Virus record (IMG/VR): IMGVR_UViG_3300042863_002246
Reading direction: 5' to 3' (one strand)
Origin: an uncultured virus (IMG/VR IMGVR_UViG_3300042863_002246)
Lineage: Duplodnaviria > Heunggongvirae > Uroviricota > Caudoviricetes
Length of the DNA stretch: 64,000 nt
The notes under the pieces: generated by a model
What the model was told of the DNA's origin: nothing
Databases searched by the model: none
Seen by the model: the letters and a program-made list of their open reading frames with translations, nothing else
Shown: piece after piece, positions 44,432 through 52,979 of the stretch
Layout of the letters: the number at the start of each line of letters is the position of its first letter
How positions within the stretch are numbered: position 1 is the first letter of the stretch
Program-made: the position numbers and the translations under genes

Positions 44432-45334
44432 CTAAAGTTTTTTCTCAAATAGATAAAGGTCGTATAAAGTATTTCCTTTTACGTTCTTTATACTTTTAAG
44501 AACTTGTCCGGTAACAGAATCAAGCACTTTGAATACTCCTATTTGTTGATTTTTATCAGTCTGAATTTTCACAGTATTTCCTGGTTGACCCAAAGCCCCT
44601 AATACTGCAACATATTTGTTTCCATATACACTTTTTAAAAACGATACTCTTAAAGTATTTGTATCTTTAATGTTGTTTATATAAGCGTTATCCATTACTT
44701 TTGTTAAATCTAACTGACTTTCAGTTTCTTTTACTACTATGGTCGCGAATTTTCTTTCTTCACCACCTAAAGTAATTTCTTCTCTGTTCTGAATTTTGTT
44801 TTGGTTTACAAGGTTTTGTTGGTTTCTTCTAATCTCACTAAAATCTGCTTTAGCTATTATACCACCTCTCATACCTTTATCATTCATATTATAACCTGCA
44901 GGGGCTAATCTGTAGAACGATCCAGTAAAAGTCATAGAAAGTATTCTATCTGTTCTAAAAAGTCTCCAGATCTTGTTTATGTGTCTTTTCTGAGACACCG
45001 ACCATCCGTTTAGATGCCAACCTCTCAATAAAGTTTTGCCTTTTGAAGACCTCCCAATCACCATTGGGTATATAACTCGCTCATGGCCAGCAAAATGCGT
45101 ATCTTCTTCTCCTTTGTAGTTGAGTAGGAAGATCATTCCGTATTTGATTGCCTTTATCATAGTCTGCTCGTTGTACTTGATAGGTTCGTTGATAGGTATA
45201 TTGGCGATGTCTTTTACATTCTTCAATGAAAATCTAGGTATGAACTCATTGTCCTCTATAAGTTCGTATCGTTCTTTAACGACGAATTCTACAGGCTTTG
45301 TATTGTAATATGCTTTTGTTTGCGCTAGGTTCAT
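44432..45334 (-). CDS. WYL-domain protein
   Basis: Y....ERVIYPMVIG...LLRGW...WRLFRTDRI. Confidence 0.65.
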   Translation of the reverse strand: MNLAQTKAYYNTKPVEFVVKERYELIEDNEFIPRFSLKNVKDIANIPINEPIKYNEQTMIKAIKYGMIFLLNYKGEEDTHFAGHERVIYPMVIGRSSKGKTLLRGWHLNGWSVSQKRHINKIWRLFRTDRILSMTFTGSFYRLAPAGYNMNDKGMRGGIIAKADFSEIRRNQQNLVNQNKIQNREEITLGGEERKFATIVVKETESQLDLTKVMDNAYINNIKDTNTLRVSFLKSVYGNKYVAVLGALGQPGNTVKIQTDKNQQIGVFKVLDSVTGQVLKSIKNVKGNTLYDLYLFEKKL

Positions 45335-45385
45335 AAAGTATATATTTAATTATATTCTATATATTAAATGTGAATGACGCAAAAT

Positions 45386-45421
45386 AAAAAAGCGAGGTCA
45401 CATTTGATGTGCCTCGCTTTT
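45386..45421 (-). terminator. Rho-independent terminator
   Basis: AAAAGCGAGG..CCTCGCTTTT stem with A-tract on the plus strand, downstream of the lipoprotein gene. Confidence 0.75.
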
Positions 45422-45451
45422 CCAACATTCTGTTGTAACCTTCTGTGGTGA

Positions 45452-45622
45452 TTACTTAACTACAGTAGTATCTACTGAAACGGTAGATGCCGGAACAGCT
45501 GTAGTATCTACAGCAGCCTCAACGGCAGTCGTGTCAGTATTTGCAGCTTCTCCCTCAGGAGTCTTGCCACCGCAAGATGCAAGTACCACAGATGTGATTA
45601 CTAAAAACAATGCTTTTTTCAT
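45452..45622 (-). CDS. Small lipoprotein
   Basis: MKKALFLVITSVVLASC lipobox followed by DTTAV repeats. Confidence 0.75.
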   Translation of the reverse strand: MKKALFLVITSVVLASCGGKTPEGEAANTDTTAVEAAVDTTAVPASTVSVDTTVVK

Positions 45623-45734
45623 AATTTTCTGTCTTGTTATTTTTTGTGAGATGTATATATCCAATTGAAGATTTTGTTTAGAAAAAGAAAAAATATATTT
45701 AATATATACATATACAAGAAAATAATTCTAAGAA

Positions 45735-46445
45735 ATGTCAATAAAAAGTAGAGAAGATGCAAACAAATATTATCAAATCGTAAACGAGTTGGTAGACGAA
45801 TACATGTCAAAGGGTAAAATCAGACCTTCTAATCTTAAAAGATACCTTCAACCAGGTAGTGAGAGATTCAAAAAGTTTTTAATAAGAAACAAGTTGAACG
45901 AGATAACAGGAATAGACAGAGTTCTTTCTGATGTGATTGAAGATAGAGCCAATATGGAATCTGACGGAGTTCTTACATTTGAAAACTTCAAATTCTTTGA
46001 ATCTGATGAGTTCAAAATTGCTTCTATGAAACAATGTCTTTATAAAGGTATTGAAAAAGCGGATCTAAATATGGAAAAAGTATTGGCAGACGTTTTTGAT
46101 ACTAACTTAGGATCGATAGATATAGTAGATCCTGAAAAACATTGTTTTAAAATAGAGGATGAAGAAGAAGTTTTCATTTATTCAAAAGAAGACATTGATA
46201 TAATAGGATTAAATATAATAGATCATCTATATGATGAGCTTTGTAAAAAAGATGTTGTACTTGCAGACGACATATCTATGAATCTTTCTGATTTGGTGGG
46301 AAAAGAAGCTTTTGAGAAAAAGATGCACGATTTTTTCACAGAAGAATTTTTACTAAAACTGATTGGAAAGTTACTTGATTCTGAATACTACAAAGAAGGT
46401 GAAAGTGTCGGAAAAGGAAACTACTTTGTTTGGAAAAAACTCTAA
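45735..46445 (+). CDS. Hypothetical protein with internal tag-like motif
   Basis: 236 aa; late box 45700-45708; internal VLTFENFKFFES. Confidence 0.7.
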   Translation: MSIKSREDANKYYQIVNELVDEYMSKGKIRPSNLKRYLQPGSERFKKFLIRNKLNEITGIDRVLSDVIEDRANMESDGVLTFENFKFFESDEFKIASMKQCLYKGIEKADLNMEKVLADVFDTNLGSIDIVDPEKHCFKIEDEEEVFIYSKEDIDIIGLNIIDHLYDELCKKDVVLADDISMNLSDLVGKEAFEKKMHDFFTEEFLLKLIGKLLDSEYYKEGESVGKGNYFVWKKL

Positions 46446-46526
46446 AAACATGTAACATCATGATATACTAATAACTAATATTTGGTTTTTCTATTTGGAT
46501 ATATAAATCAAAATAAAAATATCAGT

Positions 46527-47342
46527 ATGTTACTAAAAGTAGGATCAAAAGGAGATGACGTAAAGTCACTTCAGGAAAAGCTGGGACTTACAGCTGACGG
46601 CTCGTTCGGACCTGGAACAGAGAAAGCCGTAAAAGAATGGCAAGCAAAAAACGGATTGACGGCAGACGGAGTTATCGGTGATAAAAGCTGGCAACTTTTG
46701 GCTTTATTCGGAACAAAAAAAGAAGAGGTTGTAATACCTGCAAGTGAATTTAAGCTTGAGGCATTAAAAGGACATCTTCCGGATTCAGTAATCGCTCAGA
46801 TTCCTGACACAGCAAAAAAATTCAACATTACAAATGTATTGAGACTATCTCACTTCTTGGCACAATGTGGTCATGAGTCTGGTGGATTCAAAGCGGTTTC
46901 TGAAAACCTAAACTATTCTTCTGACGGATTGAAAAAAATATTCGGAAAGTATTTCCCTGGTGATACTACGGCTTATGCTAGAAACCCGGAAAAGATTGCT
47001 TCTAAAGTTTATGCAAACAGAATGGGTAATGGAGACGAAAGTTCTAAAGAAGGATTCAAATTCAGAGGTAGAGGATATATCCAGTTGACCGGAAAATCAA
47101 ACTATCAAGGATTCACAAAATTCATTGGAGAGGATTGCGTAGCAAATCCGGATTTAGTAGCGACTAAATATCCATTGGCTTCTGCGGCATTCTTTTTTGA
47201 CTCTAATAAACTATGGTCTATTTGTGATAAAGGTGCAGATGATGCTACCGTAACTGCAGTTACTAAAAGAGTGAATGGTGGTACTATTGGATTACCGGAT
47301 AGAATAAAACATTTCAAAGAGTTTTACAACTTACTTAAATAA
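46527..47342 (+). CDS. Endolysin: PG-binding domain plus GH19 catalytic domain
   Basis: LKVGSKGDDVKSLQ..ADG.FG..T..AVKEWQ..GL.ADG; HFLAQCGHESGGF..ENLNYS..YANRMGNG..RGRGYIQLTGK. Confidence 0.92.
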   Translation: MLLKVGSKGDDVKSLQEKLGLTADGSFGPGTEKAVKEWQAKNGLTADGVIGDKSWQLLALFGTKKEEVVIPASEFKLEALKGHLPDSVIAQIPDTAKKFNITNVLRLSHFLAQCGHESGGFKAVSENLNYSSDGLKKIFGKYFPGDTTAYARNPEKIASKVYANRMGNGDESSKEGFKFRGRGYIQLTGKSNYQGFTKFIGEDCVANPDLVATKYPLASAAFFFDSNKLWSICDKGADDATVTAVTKRVNGGTIGLPDRIKHFKEFYNLLK

Positions 47343-47348
47343 AAAAAG

Positions 47349-47376
47349 AAAAGAGAGCCACAAAGCTCTCTTTTTT
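47349..47376. terminator. Bidirectional terminator
   Basis: AAAAGAGAGC-CACAAA-GCTCTCTTTTTT. Confidence 0.75.
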
Positions 47377-48038
47377 CATGATAGAATATCTTTTATCTTA
47401 GCATCTCTGATTAGAACCTTTGATAGAATTCCTGATTGTTTGTCAATGGCTTCGAATATCTTTGTTTTTGAAAAGAATCCATTATAGATTGTGTTGAAAT
47501 CGTCTTTCATATGTATAAGTTTCAAAAAAAGATTAGGTTGTAATCTTATAATAAACTTTTCTACATATTTATCTTCTCTCAACTCTAAAATATAAGCTTG
47601 TTCCATTTCTGGTCCAAAATTGAACTCTGATGGTTCAAATCCTAAACTCTTTATAAAATCTAATACGAATGAATACTTTTCATATCGACATTTGAGTTTT
47701 GTTTCTGTGTCGTAGTATGAAAATCTCGAAGGCATCTGATTAAAATCCATTTCGGTTCCTATATGATATGTGTCATTTTCCAATAGTTCCGAAAGATCAG
47801 ATTCTCTCCTATCTTCTTTGTTTAAGATATTCTTTTTTTTAACAAAGTGAGATAGCTTAGTATCAAAAAGAAAATGTGTTTCTCCTGTTTCTTCTGCTCT
47901 TTTTTCACATTCGTCGATGAAATATTGATCTATCTCAGATCTTTCATATTCCCATGAAGATTCTTCTTGTATAAATCCTTCTGGTTTGCTACCATCGTCT
48001 ATTTCTATAGTACCATCTGGTAATTGTCTAATATTCAT
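47376..48038 (-). CDS. Hypothetical protein with C-terminal RDAKIKDIL motif
   Basis: 220 aa; also internal RRESDLSELLE. Confidence 0.7.
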   Translation of the reverse strand: MNIRQLPDGTIEIDDGSKPEGFIQEESSWEYERSEIDQYFIDECEKRAEETGETHFLFDTKLSHFVKKKNILNKEDRRESDLSELLENDTYHIGTEMDFNQMPSRFSYYDTETKLKCRYEKYSFVLDFIKSLGFEPSEFNFGPEMEQAYILELREDKYVEKFIIRLQPNLFLKLIHMKDDFNTIYNGFFSKTKIFEAIDKQSGILSKVLIRDAKIKDILS

Positions 48039-48262
48039 GCTAAGGCATAGTTTTTTTCGTGGTCGAACCTTTCTTTTGAAAAGTCCAATAGAACTTTACA
48101 CTTCTCATACTCTTCTCTTTCTTCGAAGTAGTACATTATTTTTTCGATAAAATCTAACGTGTATGGTTTAAAGGATATGTCATAACATTTACCTTTATTG
48201 ATTCTATCATAAGTGCTATTCATCAAATAGCTGTAGTTGTGCATAACAATTTTATCAGTCAT
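48035..48262 (-). CDS. Small protein with UVR-like motif
   Basis: YFEEREEYEKCKVLLD. Confidence 0.55.
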   Translation of the reverse strand: MTDKIVMHNYSYLMNSTYDRINKGKCYDISFKPYTLDFIEKIMYYFEEREEYEKCKVLLDFSKERFDHEKNYALA

Positions 48263-48263
48263 C

Positions 48264-48884
48264 TTATTTATTGCTTTGATTTTTCAAAAAATCTAATTCC
48301 TCTTGTGTTATTTTACTCATTCCGTGTTTACTAATCTTATCTAAGATTGAATCTACATCGAAACGGTCTTCGTTTTCTTCTACTATTCTTTCAATCTCCG
48401 TAGTTTCTTTCTTCATCATTAGGTTGTTCAGTTCCGCTTCTGGGTTTACACTTTCAAAATCTTTTAACTTAGATTCTAATTCCTCTCTAGAGATTGTCAC
48501 ACCCAATACTTCTACAACATCATCAATCTGTTTACCATATTGTTCATGTATATTACTTATTATATTTTCATTTAACTTTTTATCGATTGTCTCAGATGTA
48601 TAGATACATTTATTTTCTTTGAAAATACAAACAATACTTTTATCCATAAGATAAACTACGTTTACAATATTGTAGTCTTTCAGTTTGGTATCTAACATTA
48701 CTGTGTGATTTACCCTACTAACAAATACCGCTTGACCTTTTTTAATATTAGATAATATCTCTTCGAATTGTAATATCATATCTTTCAGAAGCTTTTGGTC
48801 TTTGAAATGTTCTTTTATTTTGTCTACAATCTTCGCATATAGGAAGCCTAATATAAACATAAGTGTTAACGTCATTATACTCAT
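48264..48884 (-). CDS. Membrane-anchored protein with C-terminal DUF6576-like motif
   Basis: N-terminal TM; ends VDSILDKISKHGMSKITQEELDFLK. Confidence 0.7.
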   Translation of the reverse strand: MSIMTLTLMFILGFLYAKIVDKIKEHFKDQKLLKDMILQFEEILSNIKKGQAVFVSRVNHTVMLDTKLKDYNIVNVVYLMDKSIVCIFKENKCIYTSETIDKKLNENIISNIHEQYGKQIDDVVEVLGVTISREELESKLKDFESVNPEAELNNLMMKKETTEIERIVEENEDRFDVDSILDKISKHGMSKITQEELDFLKNQSNK

Positions 48885-50071
48885 AGTGTATTATATATAT
48901 TTTTTCTGATTTTGATTAGTATTTCATTGACAAAAGATTCATCTACTTTGTCTGGAAGGTTTGAGTTCGCGAACAGCTCGTCGATTTCTACGATTTCTGC
49001 CTCTACTTGATCAATAAGAGTCTGTAGGTCAATCTTTCCTTTTCTGATGTCGATTAGTTCTTGAGCATTTTCTCTACGAACGTTGATACCAAGACCCAAT
49101 GCGATTTCTCTTGCCATATCCATAAGTCTTCGGGAGTGCATCATGTTCTTACCGTCGATTTTTTGACCGTGAGATTTAACATCAACCCATCTTGCATCAT
49201 TTTTATTTACTAACCAATCTTCATAAGACTTATAATCTTTACAGTGTTCGGAATAACCATCTTTATTATAAACAATATTACAGATTGGAGTTTCATCTTT
49301 TGGAATAGAAGAAAGTCTAAGAGCATTTGACTCAGCAACGTTATCACCTTCACCAGTCTTTACAAGTCCTTTATAACCAAATCCCATTGAGTGACCTTCT
49401 TCTTTTCTCCATGCTTTAGCTTTTTCCCTCAAGTCTTCTGGAATCCTTTCATTAAAACAGTTGTTAGCATCTGTATCAAAATAAACAGCATATGAATCTC
49501 TAGCATTTGGTACATTTACAACTCCACAGAACTTTTCTTCAAACCCCTTATCAGAGTTCCATTTTTTCCAAGGAATAGATTTTGGTCCTTCAATCACATA
49601 AACAAAGTCGAGTACATCTTTACGAGTTACTTTATCTTTTTCCCAGTTTTGTTTTTTGTTTTGACCTTTTGCTTTTTGGATTTGCATTTTACCATAACCA
49701 CCAAAAGATTTGGCACACACTTTGGTGATGAATTTATCTCTGTTATCTAAGATAAGGTCGAAGATAGGATCTTTATAGATGATACAATCTTCTGGTGTGT
49801 TTAGAAGTTCTAATACGGTTGGATTATTGCTAGAAAGTAGTTGTAGAAATCTTTTGATTTCATAGATTACGGTATCATTTGTATCGTCGTTGATTTGTTC
49901 TTTGTAGTTGAATCCAAAGATGTCTTCTTGTGATTGAATGAATACACCTGCGTAGTCTGTATCGGATGTTTCAATGTTTGTTCCATATGCATGTGATCCT
50001 CTAATAACGAGTAGTAGTGGTTTTGCGTTTGGAGACTTTTCTTCGATGAATCTAAATAGTTCTTCTTTCAT
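48881..50071 (-). CDS. Pol-beta-superfamily nucleotidyltransferase (RlaP/YcgL-like)
   Basis: GSHAYGTN..SDTDY.GVF, NNP..LELL, DGKNMMH..RL, LIDIRKG. Confidence 0.85.
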   Translation of the reverse strand: MKEELFRFIEEKSPNAKPLLLVIRGSHAYGTNIETSDTDYAGVFIQSQEDIFGFNYKEQINDDTNDTVIYEIKRFLQLLSSNNPTVLELLNTPEDCIIYKDPIFDLILDNRDKFITKVCAKSFGGYGKMQIQKAKGQNKKQNWEKDKVTRKDVLDFVYVIEGPKSIPWKKWNSDKGFEEKFCGVVNVPNARDSYAVYFDTDANNCFNERIPEDLREKAKAWRKEEGHSMGFGYKGLVKTGEGDNVAESNALRLSSIPKDETPICNIVYNKDGYSEHCKDYKSYEDWLVNKNDARWVDVKSHGQKIDGKNMMHSRRLMDMAREIALGLGINVRRENAQELIDIRKGKIDLQTLIDQVEAEIVEIDELFANSNLPDKVDESFVNEILIKIRKNIYNTL

Positions 50072-50088
50072 TTTCTTTATTTATTCTA

Positions 50089-50096
50089 CAAATGTA
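50089..50096 (-). promoter_or_regulatory. Bacteroidota-type -7 promoter element TAnnTTTG
   Basis: Minus-strand TACATTTG 17 nt upstream of the nucleotidyltransferase start. Confidence 0.5.
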
Positions 50097-50166
50097 GTGA
50101 TTAAAACTGAAATAAAAATAAAGCAACATTAAAATTTAATATATACCAAAAAAGAATAAAACTCAT

Positions 50167-51315
50167 ATGTCTACACAGAGTTATAATACGGGCAACACAA
50201 TATATGATAGTAATGGTGGTAATCAAAACGTTGTTGCGGACTATGCTTATATTTCAGATTTACTTGCCAATATACCTGATAATAATACAAACTTAATTGA
50301 TGCAAAAGACGTTAGGGATGCGGTTTGGACTTTATGGAATAGAATTGAAGATATAAATATAGGTTTATCCTCTTCTGGAATAAACATATATGCAACTGGA
50401 TCAGGAACATTTTCGGCAGATTTAAGATATGATAGAACACGTCTATCTAGTGCAGCACCTGTCGGTGGTGTTCCAACTGGATCAACATTTAGTGGAACTC
50501 TTCAGGATGTTTTTGATAGAATATTTTATCCATATACAGCACCAACGTGTGCTTTGAGTGGTGGTAGTACTAGACAATTTGGTTCGAATACTTCGGTAAC
50601 ATTGAGTTTCACTCTTAATAAATTTGAAAAGCCTGTGACTGCAGTATCTATACAACTTCTTTCTGGAACATCACCGATAACACCAATACCTTCTGTGATA
50701 ACTCAGAACAATACAAATCCTGCTAGTTTTGGTCCAAGTACTTTGTCTACCACTCCAGCATCTATTGTTACTTATGCTACACATAGTGCAACACCAACAT
50801 CACTCAGTGAATCTAATACATACAATCTTACTATAGGTGATGGTCAAGCTTCCGCTGGTGCGTCAACTACCGTTACTTGGATGAACTATTTATATTATGG
50901 TACTTTAAATTTGAGTACACTTTCGGGTAATCCGAATCCTGATTTAACCGTAAGGCCCGATGGTAGCAATAGTGCAGCCGTTGCATCATCCATAGTGCAG
51001 ATAACTGCAGCAATAGATAGCAATACCGTTAAGGCGACTGCCAATACGTATGATAGAGTTTTGGTATCAAAAGTTTTTGCAACCAGTAGAACACTTAGTT
51101 TGGCGGACTATGCTGCCGGTAATAACTATCTTTTCTTTGCTTGGCCTACATTGTTTGGAACACCTACTTTTAAAATAAATGGATTGTCGAATAGTGCATT
51201 TACTAAAGTTAAAAGTGGTTTTGTATTCACAAATGAAAATGGATTCTCAGGAGTAAATTATGATGTTTGGATAAGTAATACTGTCTATGGAACATCTACA
51301 ATAAATATAAGTTAA
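50167..51315 (+). CDS. Virion structural protein (tail/fibre-associated)
   Basis: Ser/Thr/Gly-rich beta protein; FYPY.AP, YLFFAWP..FG.P.F.ING; late box 50137-50145. Confidence 0.6.
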   Translation: MSTQSYNTGNTIYDSNGGNQNVVADYAYISDLLANIPDNNTNLIDAKDVRDAVWTLWNRIEDINIGLSSSGINIYATGSGTFSADLRYDRTRLSSAAPVGGVPTGSTFSGTLQDVFDRIFYPYTAPTCALSGGSTRQFGSNTSVTLSFTLNKFEKPVTAVSIQLLSGTSPITPIPSVITQNNTNPASFGPSTLSTTPASIVTYATHSATPTSLSESNTYNLTIGDGQASAGASTTVTWMNYLYYGTLNLSTLSGNPNPDLTVRPDGSNSAAVASSIVQITAAIDSNTVKATANTYDRVLVSKVFATSRTLSLADYAAGNNYLFFAWPTLFGTPTFKINGLSNSAFTKVKSGFVFTNENGFSGVNYDVWISNTVYGTSTINIS

Positions 51316-51334
51316 AAAAATAAGATAAAGATAT

Positions 51335-52678
51335 ATGCCAACTCAAAACGTAGGTACACTAGTAGGGGCTGCGATAAGGCCAATAGATGATGCAATGCCG
51401 ATTGCTTCTGCATTTTCTTTTGAAATAAATGGAGGACATCACCAAGTTGCCACTTTGGTTGCTAGAGATGCCATAATTGTTCAAAGAAGACAATGGGGGA
51501 TGTTGTGTACGGTTTATAACGATTCAACTTCTACAAACAATGCAACATACCAACTTAAATATGGACATAACAATGGTAGTACCAATACTATGGATAACGC
51601 AAACTGGGTAGTTTTCTCAGGTGGTGGCGGTGCCGGTGGAAGTGCAAACTGGGTAGATCCTGTTCTTTCTGTTACAATGAGTACTCCTGGAATTTCGGCA
51701 GACGGAGATAGATATTTGGTTGGATTGGATGAGACTGCTTCGTTATCTGGTAGTTTTGCCACACTTACTAATACTGGATATGTTGGAAACTTAGTTGGTG
51801 GATATATTGCTGAATATAACTCTAGTATAAGCAATTGGGTAACTACATTACCAACCGATGGGATGACTCTAAGAGTCAATGATCAAGACAACTCATTTTA
51901 TAGATATGAAGGAACTTATTCTACTGGTCAATGGTACAAAGAAAGAGTCAATCAAGTAAGATATCTTTCTGCGATTAGTGCAAATGGTGTTGATTATACT
52001 ATAACCACTAATGATTTTTTTGAATACTCTACTGAAGTTGTATATTTAGTTCAGTTTGGAACTGCTAACTCAGGAAGTACAGCTTCATTAAATATAAATG
52101 GTTTAGGTCAAACAAACATGAGAAAACAGAACGCACTTGGACTTTCTGATTTTTCTAAAAACGATTTGAATATTGTTGGAGTTTACAATCTTATATATGA
52201 TGGAACTATTTTTAGAGTTGATCAACAAGCCGGAGAAGGTGGTGCTTTTACTTTAAAGTATAGGATTATCGATTCTGAAAGAATTGAAGTTCCTGCATAT
52301 TCTGAATATTTACTTTATGGTGATTTAGAAGTAAATGGTATATTAGATATCAATGCTACTGGAAAAGTTGTTTTGGTAAATGGTGGATTGAATGTAAATG
52401 GTGGTACGGTTTCTAACTCAGGAAATATAGAATTTGTAACCGTTCCTCAGGCAGCATCGACTGGAGTTGCTGGATATGTTCCAAAATGGGCATCTACTAC
52501 TGCAATATCTGCAACTTCTTCTATACAGGATAGTGGAACAAAAGTTACTTTGAGCTCTGTTTTGAATTTGACACCAAGTAGTCAACCTGCAACTGCTGCG
52601 GCTGGAGATATATACTTTGATAGTGGTACTAATAAGTTAAGAGCATATGATGGTTCTGGTTGGAACGATCTTTGGTAA
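51335..52678 (+). CDS. Tail fibre-like virion protein
   Basis: GGHHQVAT..RDAI...RRQWGMLC, F.TANSG..SLNINGLG, GDIYFDS..KLRAYDGSGW. Confidence 0.65.
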   Translation: MPTQNVGTLVGAAIRPIDDAMPIASAFSFEINGGHHQVATLVARDAIIVQRRQWGMLCTVYNDSTSTNNATYQLKYGHNNGSTNTMDNANWVVFSGGGGAGGSANWVDPVLSVTMSTPGISADGDRYLVGLDETASLSGSFATLTNTGYVGNLVGGYIAEYNSSISNWVTTLPTDGMTLRVNDQDNSFYRYEGTYSTGQWYKERVNQVRYLSAISANGVDYTITTNDFFEYSTEVVYLVQFGTANSGSTASLNINGLGQTNMRKQNALGLSDFSKNDLNIVGVYNLIYDGTIFRVDQQAGEGGAFTLKYRIIDSERIEVPAYSEYLLYGDLEVNGILDINATGKVVLVNGGLNVNGGTVSNSGNIEFVTVPQAASTGVAGYVPKWASTTAISATSSIQDSGTKVTLSSVLNLTPSSQPATAAAGDIYFDSGTNKLRAYDGSGWNDLW

Positions 52679-52679
52679 T

Positions 52680-52711
52680 AAAAAAAGTCCTTCATTTGAA
52701 GGACTTTTTTT
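52680..52711. terminator. Bidirectional terminator
   Basis: AAAAAAAGTCCTTCA-TT-TGAAGGACTTTTTTT. Confidence 0.85.
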
Positions 52712-52979
52712 ATGATATTATTTTAATAATATTTTCTAAGGAAAAACCATCTAATGGTTTGCCACCATTTTTAAGGTAGTCTCCATAGATGTTGTTATAG
52801 TCATCTATAGTATAGAACTTTGAATCTAAGTCACAAAATATAACTGTAGTATCGTGTGCATTCACCGTTTTATTCTGAAGTCCTGTCTCTCCGTATCCTG
52901 GTCCCATAGGTCCAATCAGTTCGGTTCCGTTTACTTCTTCTTTTATGAAATCTTCAAATCTTTTAATCATCATCCCCAT
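52710..52979 (-). CDS. Small protein with capsid-targeting-like tag
   Basis: MMIKRFEDFIKEE near the start. Confidence 0.7.
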   Translation of the reverse strand: MGMMIKRFEDFIKEEVNGTELIGPMGPGYGETGLQNKTVNAHDTTVIFCDLDSKFYTIDDYNNIYGDYLKNGGKPLDGFSLENIIKIIS

